From the NCBI GenBank assembly GCA_963736895.1, contig CAVTQU010000011.1, positions 21,153 through 85,152 of the forward strand: 64,000 nt of DNA, given 5' to 3'. Under the pieces are notes generated by a model. The model saw only the letters and a list, made by a program, of their open reading frames with translations, searched no databases and was not told the origin of the DNA. Position 1 is the stretch's first letter. The number at the start of each line of letters is the position of its first letter. The position numbers and the translations under genes are program-made. Origin of the DNA: an uncultured Chloroflexia bacterium. GTDB lineage: Bacteria > Chloroflexota > Limnocylindria > Limnocylindrales > CSP1-4. Of the stretch, positions 31,152-41,806 are shown piece after piece.

Positions 31152-32541
31152 ATGTCTTTTGACGAACTCGGGTTAGAGCCCGAACTCCTTCGCGCAGTCG
31201 CCGCGCAGGGCTACACAGAGCCCACGCCAGTGCAGCGCGAAGCCATCCCGCTGGTGCTCGAGGGCCGCGACGTCCTCGCCGCCGCCCAGACAGGCACCGG
31301 CAAGACCGCAGCATTCGTGCTGCCCATCCTCCAGCGCCTCTTCCTGAACCCGGCATACGCCCAGACCAGCGGCCGTCGTCCCGTGCGCGTGCTGGTCGTC
31401 ACCCCCACGCGTGAGCTCTGCCTCCAGGTCGAGGAGAGCGTCCGCACCTACAGCAAGCTGCGCCCGGTTCGTTCAACCGCGATCTACGGCGGTGTGCCCT
31501 TCGACCCACAGCTGCGCAAGCTCCTCCAGGCACCGGAGATCGTCGTCGCCACCCCGGGCCGGCTCCTCGACCACGTGGAGCAGAAGACCATCGACCTGTC
31601 ACGCGTCGAGGTGCTCGTCCTCGATGAGGGTGACCGCATGCTCGACATGGGCTTCATCCCCGATGTTCGCCGGATCATCGACCTGCTGCCCAAGAACCGG
31701 CAGACACTCATGTTCTCGGCTACGTTCTCGCCCCAGGTGCGCAAGCTGGCGGCGGATTTCCAGAAGCAGCCGGTCTTCGTCCAGATCGAGCCCGAGCAGA
31801 CGTCGGCGGAAATGGTCCACCAGGTGGTCATCCCGGTCGACCAGCGACGCAAGCGCGATTTGCTGGCCCAGCTGATCAAGTCCGGCCGAATTGAGCAGGC
31901 ATTGGTCTTCACACGCATGAAGCACGCCGCCGGCCGGCTGGCCGAGCAGCTGGAGCGCGACGGCATCCGCGCGACGGCCATCCACGGCGACAAGAGCCAG
32001 ATCCAGCGCAATCGTGCGCTGTCCGACTTCAAGGAAGGCAAGGTTGACATCCTCGTCGCCACCGACGTCGCGGCACGCGGGCCTGGATATCGACGCCCTC
32101 CCCCACGTCGTCAATTACGAGATGCCGACGGTCGCCCAGGACTACATCCACCGCATCGGCCGCACGGGTCGTGCGGGCATGGCCGGCGACGCAATCTCGC
32201 TGGTCGCGCCCGAAGAGGAAGAGCTGCTGATCGACATCGAGCGCTTGCTCAAGCACGAGATCGAGATTGAGGTCATCCGCGAGTTCCTGCCGGCGCCCAC
32301 CAATGAGCGCCACTCCCCGGAGCCGCGGATGCGCGGCTTCCGTGAGCCTCGCGCCAGCAGCCGCGGTGGCAGCTATGGCAGCGGCCGTCCGTCAGGTCGT
32401 GGCGGTCGTCCGGACTCAGATCGTGCCCCTCGTTCTTATCCACAGACTCAGGCCGCGCCGCGCCAGTCGCAGCCGTCTTCCAACGGCACCGGCCGAGCAC
32501 TTACCGCACTCCCCGGAGAGCGCCTCTCCCGCTCCGCCTAG
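31152..32541 (+). pseudogene. DEAD-box ATP-dependent RNA helicase (RhlE-like) with RG-rich tail, one frameshift
   Basis: AQTGTGKTAAF, PTRELC, VLDEGDRML, MFSATF, IHGDKSQ and [12 protein letters not shown]. An extra G in a GGG run near 32079 splits VAARG|[15 protein letters not shown]. Confidence 0.85.
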
Positions 32542-33239
32542 CGTCTTCAGGGCGGCCTAGCGCATATCCGTTCTAGACTCGCGACCGACTCGCGAACGAG
32601 CCACAACCGTGGTATGCCGGCCGTCGCAACTCGCCGAGCGCCACTTGAGGACCTCTCGAGCTTCGTATCCACGCCAGGTCGCTCACGCACCTGGGCGTTC
32701 TCGGACGGCGAAGACAACCTCAGTTGATGCGCCGAAAAGCTGCATCGCAGGTCGGGCACGATCTTCTGGCTAGCCCACGAGCAGGATCACCTTGGGTCAC
32801 CCGCCGCGTACGGATCGAGCCGACTCGCGTCGCAGAGGCTGAGACCAGCGATCCCGTCCTCGGTCAGGGCGGCATCGCTGCTGGCGCGAAGTCGGGCCCG
32901 GCAGCCAGCTCGCGGATCTCGCGGCCCTGGCGTGCGCGGTCCATGTCGATGAGGCGAGCGCGAATCTGAGTCGTACCGACCGGACTCGAACAGAGACTCG
33001 GCGTACAGGCGGACGTCGACCAGCGTCTTCGACTTGCCGGAGTAGATCTCGGCGCCATCTGGAATCGAACTCGAGCACGGAATCGCCCTCGCTTCGACGG
33101 CCGTGTCGAACGACGATCACCACGATGCTGTGGCTGCGGACGCGTCGACAGCGTGCGTCAGCGCATCGACTTGCGTGTCGATCAAGTGCAACCCTACCTC
33201 GGTTACGTGGCCGAGGCTGGCCAGCGCGGCTGGCTGAGG

Positions 33240-33269
33240 TTGACAGACTTACTTAGTACTCACTAAGAT
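33240..33269 (+). promoter_or_regulatory. promoter/operator of the TetR gene (near-leaderless)
   Basis: TTGACA (33240-45), 18-nt spacer, TAAGAT (33264-69), and the ATG at 33278. Inverted repeat CTTAGT-ACTC-ACTAAG at 33252-67. The half-site CTTAGTGAG recurs at ~33878-86 upstream of the MFS gene. Confidence 0.5.
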
Positions 33270-33277
33270 GCGCCGCT

Positions 33278-33848
33278 ATGAGCGCAGCGACGACGAGAAT
33301 CAGCGCCGACGAACGCCGCGAGGCCGTGATCCTGGCCGCGACCAAGAGAGTTTGGCGCGCGCGGATACGCCGGCACGTCAACCCAAGCGATCGCCGAGCA
33401 GGTGGGTGTCTCGCAGCCGTACCTCTTCCAGCTGTTCGACACCAAGAAGGACATCTTCATCGCGGCCGTGCAGGCGTGCTTCCAGCGTGCGACGTCGGTG
33501 TTCGAGTCCGCGGCCCGCGAAGCGCGGAAGGAAACCAGCGATCCGATCGCGATCCTCGACGCGATGGGCCACAAGTACCTCGACATGCTGCGCGACCGCG
33601 ACATGCTCAGGCTCCAGCTCCAGGCATACGCCGCCTGTGACGACCCCGACATCCAGCGCGTGGTGCGCGACGAGTGGACCCATCTCTACGAGACGGTCGC
33701 CAATGTTTCGGGCGCCGACGAAGCGGCTCTGCACGCCTGGTTCGCCGAAGGGATGCTCCTCAACGTGGCGGCATCGATCGGCGACCTCGACTCGGCCATC
33801 TCGCTCAAGCTTGCAACCCATCACTCGGGAGAACATGCCAAGCGCTGA
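33278..33848 (+). pseudogene. TetR-family transcriptional regulator, one frameshift
   Basis: Removing one base at ~33347 restores AATKEFGARGYAGTSTQAIAEQVGVSQPYLFQLFDTKKDIF, the TetR HTH. Confidence 0.8.
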
Positions 33849-33911
33849 TCAGCCGTGCCCCTTTTTTGCCGTGCGTACTTAGTGAGCAATAATAGTCAGG
33901 AGGATCGTGAA

Positions 33912-35427
33912 GTGACCCGCCAACGCAGCTCGGCTGCATGGATCTTCGCAATTACCGCCATAGCGCTGTTCATGGTGGCGCTCGACAACCTTGTCGTGAC
34001 CACGGCCCTGCCGGTCATCCGCGCCGAGCTTGGCTCCTCGCTCCAGGAGCTGGAGTGGATGGTCAACGCCTACACGCTGACCTTCGCTGTCCTGCTGCTG
34101 ACCGGGCGCGGCCCTGGGCGATCGATTCGGCCGCCGGCGCGTGTTCATCATCGGCCTGCTCATCTTCACGGCCGGCTCCGCCCTCGCCGCGCTCGCACCG
34201 TCGAGCTCGGTGCTGATCCTCGCTCGAGCGATCCAGGGCATCGGCGGCGCGATCGTGACGCCGCTGACGCTGACGATCCTGTCGGCGGGCGTCTCGCCCG
34301 AACGCCGACCGCTCGCGCTTGGCGCGTGGGGTGGCATCGGCGGTCTCGCGATCGCAATCGGTCCGCTGGTCGGTGGCGCGATCGCGCAGGGCGTCAACTG
34401 GCACTGGATCTTCTGGCTCAACGTCCCGGTGGGGATCGTCGCGATCTTCCTGGCCTATGCCCGCCTGCCTGAGACGTATGGACCGGAGGGTCGATTGGAC
34501 CTCACGGGTCTCGCCCTGTCGGGCGTCGGCCTGCTGGCGCTGGTGTGGGCTGTCATCAACGGCAACGAGCGTGGGTGGTCGGATCCGCAGATCGTCGGCG
34601 GCCTGGTCGTCGGCGCAGTCCTGCTCGTCGCCTTCGCTCTGTGGGAGCGTCGTGCCAAGGCGCCGATGCTCCCGCCGGACATGTTCCGCAGCCGGGGCTT
34701 CACGGTCGCGAACCTCGTCTCGATGCTGATGTACTTCGGGATGTTCGGGTCGATCTTCCTGCTGTCCCAGTTCTTCCAGGTCGTCCAGGGCCTCAATCCG
34801 TTCGAGGCCGGACTCCGCGTCCTTCCCTGGACGGCGATGCCGGCCATCGTGGCGCCCATCGCAGGCGTGCTCACCGGCCGGTTCGGCGCTCGGCCGTTCC
34901 TGGTCGTCGGTCTCGCACTGATGTCGATCGGTCTCGGCTGGCTCGCCGCGATCAGCAGCCCCACGGCTGCCTACGCGGCGTTCGTGCCCGCGTTCATCGT
35001 CAGCGGTATCGGCATGGGCATGTTCTTCGCGCCGATCGCCAACGTGGTGCTCTCGGCCGTCCGTCGCGACGAGGAGGGCAAGGCATCGGGCGCCAACAAC
35101 GCAATACGTGAGGTCGGCGGCGTATTCGGTGTCGCTGTCCTCGCATCCGTGTTCTCCGCCAACGGCTCGTACGCGTCACCGCAGGCGTACGTCGACGGGA
35201 TGGTCCCGGCTATCTGGATCGGGGCGGTGGTCGTCGGCATCGCTGCCGTGACGGCTCTTGCCCTCCCCGGCCGCTTGGCGATCAGCCACGCGGACGAGGC
35301 GGCCGAAGCCGCCACCCGGCCCAGCAGATGGCGCTCGAAGGAGAGCCCGCGGGCTAACCCCATCGGGTGGAACCGCATCGTTAGAGTCGGCAGTCTCCGG
35401 CCTTTCAAAACAGGAGACTGCCGATGA
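33912..35427 (+). pseudogene. MFS drug:H+ antiporter (DHA2/EmrB-QacA type, 14 TM), one frameshift
   Basis: GTG at 33912 lies 8 nt after AGGAGG. LDNLVVTTALPVIRAELG...WMVNAYTLTF, then LGDRFGRRRVFIIGLLIF in the 34141..35427 frame. The shift is near 34100. Confidence 0.8.
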
Positions 35428-35478
35428 CCGACGTCGAGGTCCAGCAGCTGGCGACCGCGCAAACTCCCGCTCGGGAGA

Positions 35479-36190
35479 TTGCTCGCCCTATTCCTGATCC
35501 CGGGCGCCCTCACGACGCTGGTGTACGTTCTGATCGCTCCGCTGATCGAGAACCTGGGATTTCCTCCGATCGCAGCGTTACTGGTGGCGATCGTCCTGGT
35601 CCTGGTGCCGTTTGAGCTCGCCGTCATCTACCGCGCGCGCGCCGCCCAGCGAGCTCGAAACCGCGCCAATCGACCCGGTGATTCCCTACCGCAGGCCGCT
35701 CCCCCTCCGCGACTGGGTGTGGCTCGTGCCCGTGCTAGTCGTCGCCGCGTTCGTGGGATTCGGGCTGTCCATGCTGATCGAGCCACAGATCATCGATTCG
35801 CTGTTCGGCTGGGTGCCCGATTGGTTCGTCAAGCCGATCGATGCCGACAGAGTTGGTGAATACAGCCGCGAGGCGTGGCTTCTCACTCTTGCGGCGTACC
35901 TGGTGCTGAATGGCTTCGTGGGACCGATCGTCGAGGAACTGTATTTCCGGGGATACCTGCTGCCGCGCATGGAATGGATGGGTCGCTGGGCGCCACTCGT
36001 CAACGTGAGCCTTTTCTCGCTCTACCACTTCTGGTCGCCGTGGCAGATCGCCGGCCGAATCCTCGGCTTCGGCCCAACGGTCTATGCCGTGCGCTGGAAG
36101 GAGAACGTGTATCTGGGCATGGTGGTCCACTGCACCCTGAATACGCTGGGCATCATCATCGTCGCGAACCTCGTTCTCAGCCGCCTCTAG
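35479..36190 (+). pseudogene. CPBP-family intramembrane glutamic endopeptidase (CAAX protease-like), at least one frameshift
   Basis: Motifs GPIVEELYFRGY and FSLYHFWSP...VVHCTLN. Frames 35479 and 35612 join near 35645. An alternative ATG at 35424 (ATGA overlap with the MFS stop) would need one more shift. Confidence 0.7.
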
Positions 36191-36203
36191 CGCGCAGACG
36201 CCT

Positions 36204-37379
36204 CTAGCCGCTCAGCCGGTGAGGCGAGGGACCGCTCGAGGTTGACGCGGCGAACAGCCCCCATTCGCCGGGAATGCCGCGCAGGCTGACCTGTCCGAGT
36301 GGACTAAAGCTCAGGTCGGTTCCCGAGGCGAGGTCGCGCACGGTGCGCGTGACAACCACGCCTCCATCTTCGGCAGAATCCAGCGCCCGTGAGGCAATGT
36401 GCAGCGCGATTCCGCCCAGGTCGCCGCCGCGCAGCTCGACCTCGCCGGTGTGGATGGCAGCCCGGATGCTCAGGTCGATCGCGGCCAGGCCGTCGACCAG
36501 GCCGAAGGCGCAGCGTAGCGCTCGAGTCGGCGTGTCGAAGGTGGCCAGGATGCCATCGCCGGTTGACTTCACCAGCTCGCCGTGCCAGCGGGCGACCTCG
36601 GCGCGAGCTATCTCGTCGTGGCGATCGAGAACCACGCGCCAGTGCCTGTCCCCAATGGCTGCAGCCTTCGCCGAGGACCCGACGATGTCGGTGAACAGGA
36701 CGGTGGCCAGGATCCGGTTGACGTCCTCGGCCGCGTGCAGCGCCCGAACCTGCTCGTCGGTCCACGAATAGCGCTCCTCGTAGACACTGGCGGGCGGGGC
36801 CTCGCGGCGCGGTTCGTAGCTCAGCACCACGACTCCGTCACCAAAGACCTGCGTGTCGGTGAGCTTCATGTAGTGCGTCGGTATGGCGTCGCGAAACAGG
36901 TGCTTGCCACTACCCAGAACCAGCGGGAAGAGCATCAGCTGGTACAGGTCGACGAGGTGGTGCTCCATCAAACCATTGACGACGTCGGCGCTGCCATTGA
37001 CCAGGATGTCCGCGCCCGGTTGCTCCTTGATCTCGGCGATGCGTTCAGCCCAGTCTTCCCCGAGGATCTCGGTGTTCTCCCACGTGGCCTCGCGCAGGCT
37101 CGTGGACACCACGTACTTCTTAGTCGCGTTCATGCGCTTCGTGAACTCTGGGTCCTGATCGTTAGTGGGCCAGAACGCGGCCCAGATCAGGTATGTCGTG
37201 CGCCCTAGTAGGAAGGCATCGACCTGCGCGAATTGACCGAAGAGGAAGCGTTGGAGCTCCTCAGATCGGCCCCTTAGCGCCCAGGCGTTCTTGCCCGGAT
37301 CGCGATGCTCCTCGAAGCCGGGAGCCTCCATAACGCCATCGAGCGTGACGAACTCGGAGACGATCAGCCGGCGGGTCAA
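36204..37379 (-). CDS. RibD_C/DHFR-like domain fused to a class III adenylate/guanylate cyclase domain
   Basis: N-terminal half: RRLIVSEFVTLDGVMEAPG...FLLGRTTYLIWAAFWP...KKYVVSTSL...ILVNGSADVVNGL. C-terminal half: VLFTDIVGSS...STGDGILATFD...IRAAIHTGEVE...GIALHIASR. Intact 391-codon ORF. Confidence 0.8.
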   Translation of the reverse strand: MTRRLIVSEFVTLDGVMEAPGFEEHRDPGKNAWALRGRSEELQRFLFGQFAQVDAFLLGRTTYLIWAAFWPTNDQDPEFTKRMNATKKYVVSTSLREATWENTEILGEDWAERIAEIKEQPGADILVNGSADVVNGLMEHHLVDLYQLMLFPLVLGSGKHLFRDAIPTHYMKLTDTQVFGDGVVVLSYEPRREAPPASVYEERYSWTDEQVRALHAAEDVNRILATVLFTDIVGSSAKAAAIGDRHWRVVLDRHDEIARAEVARWHGELVKSTGDGILATFDTPTRALRCAFGLVDGLAAIDLSIRAAIHTGEVELRGGDLGGIALHIASRALDSAEDGGVVVTRTVRDLASGTDLSFSPLGQVSLRGIPGEWGLFAASTSSGPSPHRLSG

Positions 37380-37403
37380 GCCTCCGTAGGCTCCGCTCGA
37401 CGC

Positions 37404-37772
37404 CTAGATCGCGTCGGGATCGTTCGCCTTGTCAGCCGCGCGCCGATAGTTGTCGCGGGCCAGCATTTCGTCGACATCGGCAAGCGCCGACTCTGCCCCG
37501 GCGTCGGAAAGATCTGCCATGGTCGACTCAACGATGATGCGTGCCGCAGCCGCGGTCTTCGTAGCCGAGGTCTCCGCCAGGCTGGCTGCTGCGAGGGCAG
37601 CCTTCGCGGCGGTGGCGGTCGCCAGTGCTGCCTCGGCGGCTTCCTCTGCAGCCGCGGCCGCAGTCTGAGCCGCCAGCTTCCCACGACGAGCGACGGCAGC
37701 AGACCGCTCGGCGGCGCGCCACTGCTCCAGCGTCTGGGCGGTCGTTGCGGTCGATTTGTTTTCGGTCATCAC
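37404..37772 (-). CDS. hypothetical Ala-rich (coiled-coil-like) protein
   Basis: 122-codon ORF, about 40 percent Ala, no family recognised. It could still be a composition artefact. Confidence 0.4.
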   Translation of the reverse strand: MMTENKSTATTAQTLEQWRAAERSAAVARRGKLAAQTAAAAAEEAAEAALATATAAKAALAAASLAETSATKTAAAARIIVESTMADLSDAGAESALADVDEMLARDNYRRAADKANDPDAI

Positions 37773-37822
37773 GGAGCGATCATACGCGCCCTTTGGCTGG
37801 ACTCCAGGGGCATCATGGTGTC

Positions 37823-38557
37823 GTGATCATCGTTCGGCGCGACCGTGACATCTACGAGACCGATGGAGGCTGGTTCCACGCGCGCTGGCACTTCTCGTTT
37901 GACCAGTACCGCGACCCCGAGAACGACAGCTTTGGCGCAATGCGCGTGTTCAACGACGACCGCCTGGTGCCCGGCGCGGTATGGCCGCTCCACCCTCATC
38001 GCGACGTCGAAGGGCTGACGTACGTCGTCGAGGGGCTTTTTGGGCACGAGGACAACGTTGGCGGCCCTCCTGGCCCGCTGCCCGCGGGCTCCGTCCAGCG
38101 CATGACGCTCGGCTCAGGCGCCCTCCATTCCGAGCGCAACGCCTCGCAGACCGAGCCGATGCGCTTCATCCAGATCTGGATCCTCCCTGATACGCCCGAT
38201 CTTCCGCCGGCGGTCGAACAGAGGGTCTTCTCCACGGATGAACGAACCAACACGCTGCTACGCGTGATGGGCCCTGAGGGCGCCGTAGTCAAGATCCACC
38301 AGGACGCCAGCGTTCACGTCGCGCGGCTCGACTCCGGCGTGGAGGTCAGTCACGAGCTTGGCTCAGGCCGCGGTGCGTATGTCTACCTGATCGACGGCGC
38401 CCTGTCCGTCGATGCCGAGGAGCTCGCCACGGGCGATGCGGCCAAGGTCACCGATCAACGAGGCCTTTCCATCCGCGCGACATCGCCCAGCGAGCTGATC
38501 CTGGTCGAGGTGCCGATGGAGTTCGAGGCCGTCGGAATCTGGGGAGGCCGGATCTAG
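37823..38557 (+). CDS. pirin-family (bicupin) protein
   Basis: GTG at 37823. WHFSFDQY...GAMRVFNDD...[15 protein letters not shown]...[11 protein letters not shown]. Confidence 0.85.
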   Translation: MIIVRRDRDIYETDGGWFHARWHFSFDQYRDPENDSFGAMRVFNDDRLVPGAVWPLHPHRDVEGLTYVVEGLFGHEDNVGGPPGPLPAGSVQRMTLGSGALHSERNASQTEPMRFIQIWILPDTPDLPPAVEQRVFSTDERTNTLLRVMGPEGAVVKIHQDASVHVARLDSGVEVSHELGSGRGAYVYLIDGALSVDAEELATGDAAKVTDQRGLSIRATSPSELILVEVPMEFEAVGIWGGRI

Positions 38558-39478
38558 CCTTCGTCGGGAGTCGCGTCGTCAACTCGCTCGCTAATGCCGA
38601 ACTCCGCCAATCGGTCCGCCGAGGGAATGACGTAGTAGGCGCCCGTCAGCGCCCGCGTGAACTTCGTCAGATCGTCGCGCGGTCCGCCATCGGTGCCGAT
38701 CATCGCCTTGAGCATCTGGTCCAGGACTTCCTGGCGCGCGCAGAAACCGACGAACATCGTTCCGTGCACGTCGACCGATCCATAGGCCACGTTGCGCCGG
38801 AATATCTTGCCCAGCCGGTCCTGGTCCGTGCGGCCGACATGTGACGCTGGCGGCATCGGCTCGAGCTCGGCGCTGTCCGACTTGCGTCGGCCGAGAACGC
38901 GCTCCTGCAGCTCGGTCGGAAGACCCTCCCACGCGAGCGCGTCGTGATCCCACTGTTGCAGCAGCAGAATCGTGCCGCCTTCGCCGCGCTGACCCGGCGG
39001 AAATCAACGCGATCTCGGTTGCCTCCACGAGTGACGGGTTTTCCGAGCCGTCGATGAACCCGGTCAGGTCGCGGTCGTGGTGGTACTGCCAACCCACGGT
39101 CTCGCGACCAAGCTTCGCGAACGACGACACTGCCTTGACGATCTGTCGCGAGAGGTCAAACACGACGTCGTACTCCGCACCGGCCAGCCACATGACGATG
39201 TCGTGTTGCGTTGCCGGAAGCGTGTAGCCGTCCGGGCCGGCCAGCGGCTGGTTGAAGCCACTGACTTCCTCTGGCGCCGCATCCGGCGCAACCGACGCCC
39301 ACAATTCGGGGCGAAAGCCAGTTACGAGATTTACGCCACCGATCGTAGTGCGCGGCTCGCGCAGACCGGCGGCCAAGGCCACGGCCGCCGATTGGTCGGC
39401 ATCCGCCAGGAGGTCGAACTCAAGGTATGCGTGTGAGTCGGTACCCAGCGCAAAGATGCCCGGCTGTGGCATTGCCAT
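38554..39478 (-). pseudogene. Dyp-type peroxidase, one frameshift
   Basis: MAMPQPGIFALGT...DLTGFIDGSENP in the 38591..39478 frame, then RRNVAYGS...GTMFVGF...YYVIPS in the 38554..38856 frame. The shift is near 38990. Confidence 0.8.
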
Positions 39479-39559
39479 GTGCGAAGCATCGCGCGACGGT
39501 CAAGCCGTGACATCGGCTTTTTGCCCATTTCGCGAGTTACTAGTAAATTGCTAGTTACC

Positions 39560-40524
39560 ATGCTTCCCTCGCAACCGAACACCGAACCATCACCACTGGA
39601 CTCGTATTCCCAGGTCGTCACCGGCGTGGCCGATCACCTTTTGCCGCGCGTCGTCCGACTGGAGGTCGGCGGACGGACGCCCGGTCGCCGTGGCGGCGGC
39701 AGCGGCTCAGCCGTGGTGATCACGCCCGATGGATTCCTGCTGACCGCGGCGCACGTGGTGGACCGGCACAAGACGGCCACCGCGGAGTTCACGGATGGGC
39801 GCGTGAAGCGTGCAGAGATCGTTGGGCGCGATCCCTTTCCGATCTCGCCGTCTGTCGCGTGGATGACTCTTCGACGGCCCTCGACTACGCCGTTCTTGGC
39901 TCGGCGGATTCGCTGCGTGTTGGCCAGCTGGTTGTCGCCGTTGGCAGTCCACTCGGCTTCTCCGGAAGCGTGACCGCGGGCGTCGTCAGCGGCCTGGGAC
40001 GATCGCTCTTCGCAGGCGACAACAGGGCCGCGCGCATGATCGAGAACGTCATCCAGACCGACGCGGCGCTCAATCCGGGCAACTCGGGTGGAGCGTTGTC
40101 CAACGCGCAGGGCATGGTGGTGGGCATCAACACGGCCATCGCCGGCATCGGCCTGGGACTGGCGGTCCCCATCAACGACGCCACGCGCCGGATCATCGTG
40201 GAGCTGATGCGCGATGGCCGCGTTCGCCGAGCGTGGCTTGGTGTCGCCGGCGGCAGCCAGCCGTTGGCGCCGCGTCTGGCCCGGCAAGTTGGACAGCCAT
40301 CAGGCATCTCCGTCGCTGAAGTGGTGCCGGACAGCCCAGCCGCGCGAAGTGGTATTCAGCCCGGTGACGTGATCCTGCAGGTCGACGACCATCCAGTGGG
40401 AGATGCGGGCGATCTCCAGCGGCTGATGATCGCCGAGGCGATCGGCAAGCCGATGGCGCTCCACGTCCTGCGTGGCGGCACCGAACTCGATTTGCGCGCC
40501 GTTCCGGATGAGCTGGCGGCCTAG
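39560..40524 (+). pseudogene. HtrA/DegP-family trypsin-like serine protease with PDZ domain, one frameshift
   Basis: LTAAHVV (His), DLAVVRV after a shift near 39835 (Asp), GNSGGAL (Ser), and PDZ GISVAEVVPDSPAARSGIQPGDVIL. Confidence 0.8.
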
Positions 40525-40564
40525 CTTCTGGCTAGCCGCGCAGCCTGCAGCTCGCGCAGGGCAT

Positions 40565-40596
40565 GAAAAAACCGCCCGCATTTCTGCGGGCGGTTT
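40565..40596. terminator. bidirectional rho-independent terminator between htrA-like and csp copy 2
   Basis: AAAAAACCGCCCGCA-TTTC-TGCGGGCGGTTTCCTTT: a perfect stem flanked by an A-run and a T-run. Confidence 0.7.
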
Positions 40597-40615
40597 CCTT
40601 TAAGACCGTTAGGTC

Positions 40616-40819
40616 CTACAGGCTGCGCACCGAGCTCGCGCGAGGCCCCTTGGGGCTCTGCTCGATCTCGAACTCCACCTTCTCGCCACCGACCAGGCGG
40701 TCGAAGTCGAGGGATGAATCGAGTGCGTTGCGGTGGAAGAAGTAATCCTTCTCGTCATCCGCAGTGATGAAGCCGAATCCGCGATCGGAAACGACTTTCT
40801 TGATGGTACCGGTGGTCAC
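40616..40819 (-). CDS. cold-shock protein (CspA family), copy 2
   Basis: VTTGTIKKVVSDRGFGFITADDEKDYFFHRNALDSSLDFDRLVGGEKVEFEIEQSPKGPRA. GGAGGG SD. Confidence 0.9.
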   Translation of the reverse strand: MTTGTIKKVVSDRGFGFITADDEKDYFFHRNALDSSLDFDRLVGGEKVEFEIEQSPKGPRASSVRSL

Positions 40820-40930
40820 TGTGACCCTCCAACGTCTTCTCGAACTACTGCCACAAACGCACGATCTGTTCGAGAAGAGCGATCACACGGCGGCGCCACA
40901 CGACGCGGCGAGTCACCACTATACCCCGGA
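40820..40930 (-). promoter_or_regulatory. conserved csp promoter and structured 5' UTR (copy 2)
   Basis: The -10-like TATAGT, the block CCGTGTGATCG and the stem CTTCTCGAAC/GTTCGAGAAG (40836-40877) align with copy 1. Confidence 0.5.
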
Positions 40931-41007
40931 ATCAAGCTATTTGGTCGTGGTGGCACCCTTGGAGGATCGGCCTGGACTGTGATTTGACGCAGTTTTCCAC
41001 GCGTCAC

Positions 41008-41042
41008 AGACAAAAGGCAGGCGCCACGAGAGCGCCTGCCTT
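41008..41042 (-). terminator. rho-independent terminator of the secreted-protein gene
   Basis: Minus strand reads AAGGCAGGCGC-TCTCGTG-GCGCCTGCCTT followed by TTGTCTGT. Confidence 0.6.
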
Positions 41043-41066
41043 GGTTTGGGTCTGTGCTAACGCGGG

Positions 41067-41630
41067 TTACAGGCGGAGCACGCCGAGCACCGCGTTGAGG
41101 AGGTCGCGCAGCACGCCGTTCAGGTTCAGTCCCTGATCCAGCAGGCCTGCGATGGCGCACAACAGGTTGCCCAGCAGATTGCCGGGGCCGGGCGCAGCGG
41201 TGATGTCCAGCTTGACACGGTCCAGGTGAACCACGAGACCCAGCAGGTCGAGGTCCAGAGGGCCAAGCGTCAGGTGCAGGATGTCGCAGCTACTGGCTGC
41301 GCCAATCGCTACCGGCAGGCGGACCGTTCGGTCGATCGTTCCGATCACGTCCCCAAGCGCGGTCCGCAGCGTGCCAGTCAGATTGCCGACCGCCACGAGC
41401 TGACCGTTCCGAACGCGGAACCTGTTGATGTCGAGCTGACCGCGGAACACGTCCCCTGCGGCCGTCGTGCCGCGGACAGGGATGTTGGCGATCTTGTTCG
41501 TCGCTTGCGTCGCAGCCGCGGCGGCCGTCGGAACGGCTGCGGTGGTTCGAGGCGCAGCCGAGACCGCCACGGGCACGCTGATTGCAAAAAGGACGGCCAA
41601 AACCAGGGCCATCCATCTGGATGGATTCAT
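41067..41630 (-). CDS. secreted hypothetical protein
   Basis: Signal peptide MNPSRWMALVLAVLFAISVPVAVSAA. Leu/Gly-rich C-terminal half. No family recognised. Confidence 0.6.
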   Translation of the reverse strand: MNPSRWMALVLAVLFAISVPVAVSAAPRTTAAVPTAAAAATQATNKIANIPVRGTTAAGDVFRGQLDINRFRVRNGQLVAVGNLTGTLRTALGDVIGTIDRTVRLPVAIGAASSCDILHLTLGPLDLDLLGLVVHLDRVKLDITAAPGPGNLLGNLLCAIAGLLDQGLNLNGVLRDLLNAVLGVLRL

Positions 41631-41806
41631 GTCGGTATCTCCATAAGAGCTCGTCCCCGACCGGGCCTCGGGGACGTTTCGGGCTGACCACGGAGCCCGT
41701 TAACAACTGCGTACACCTTCGCCCGATCAGCGGGCCACTCAGCCGAAACTTTTGATGGGTGAACGTTTCACCCATGTGTAAACCGCTGATTGACCGCCGG
41801 AGATTT

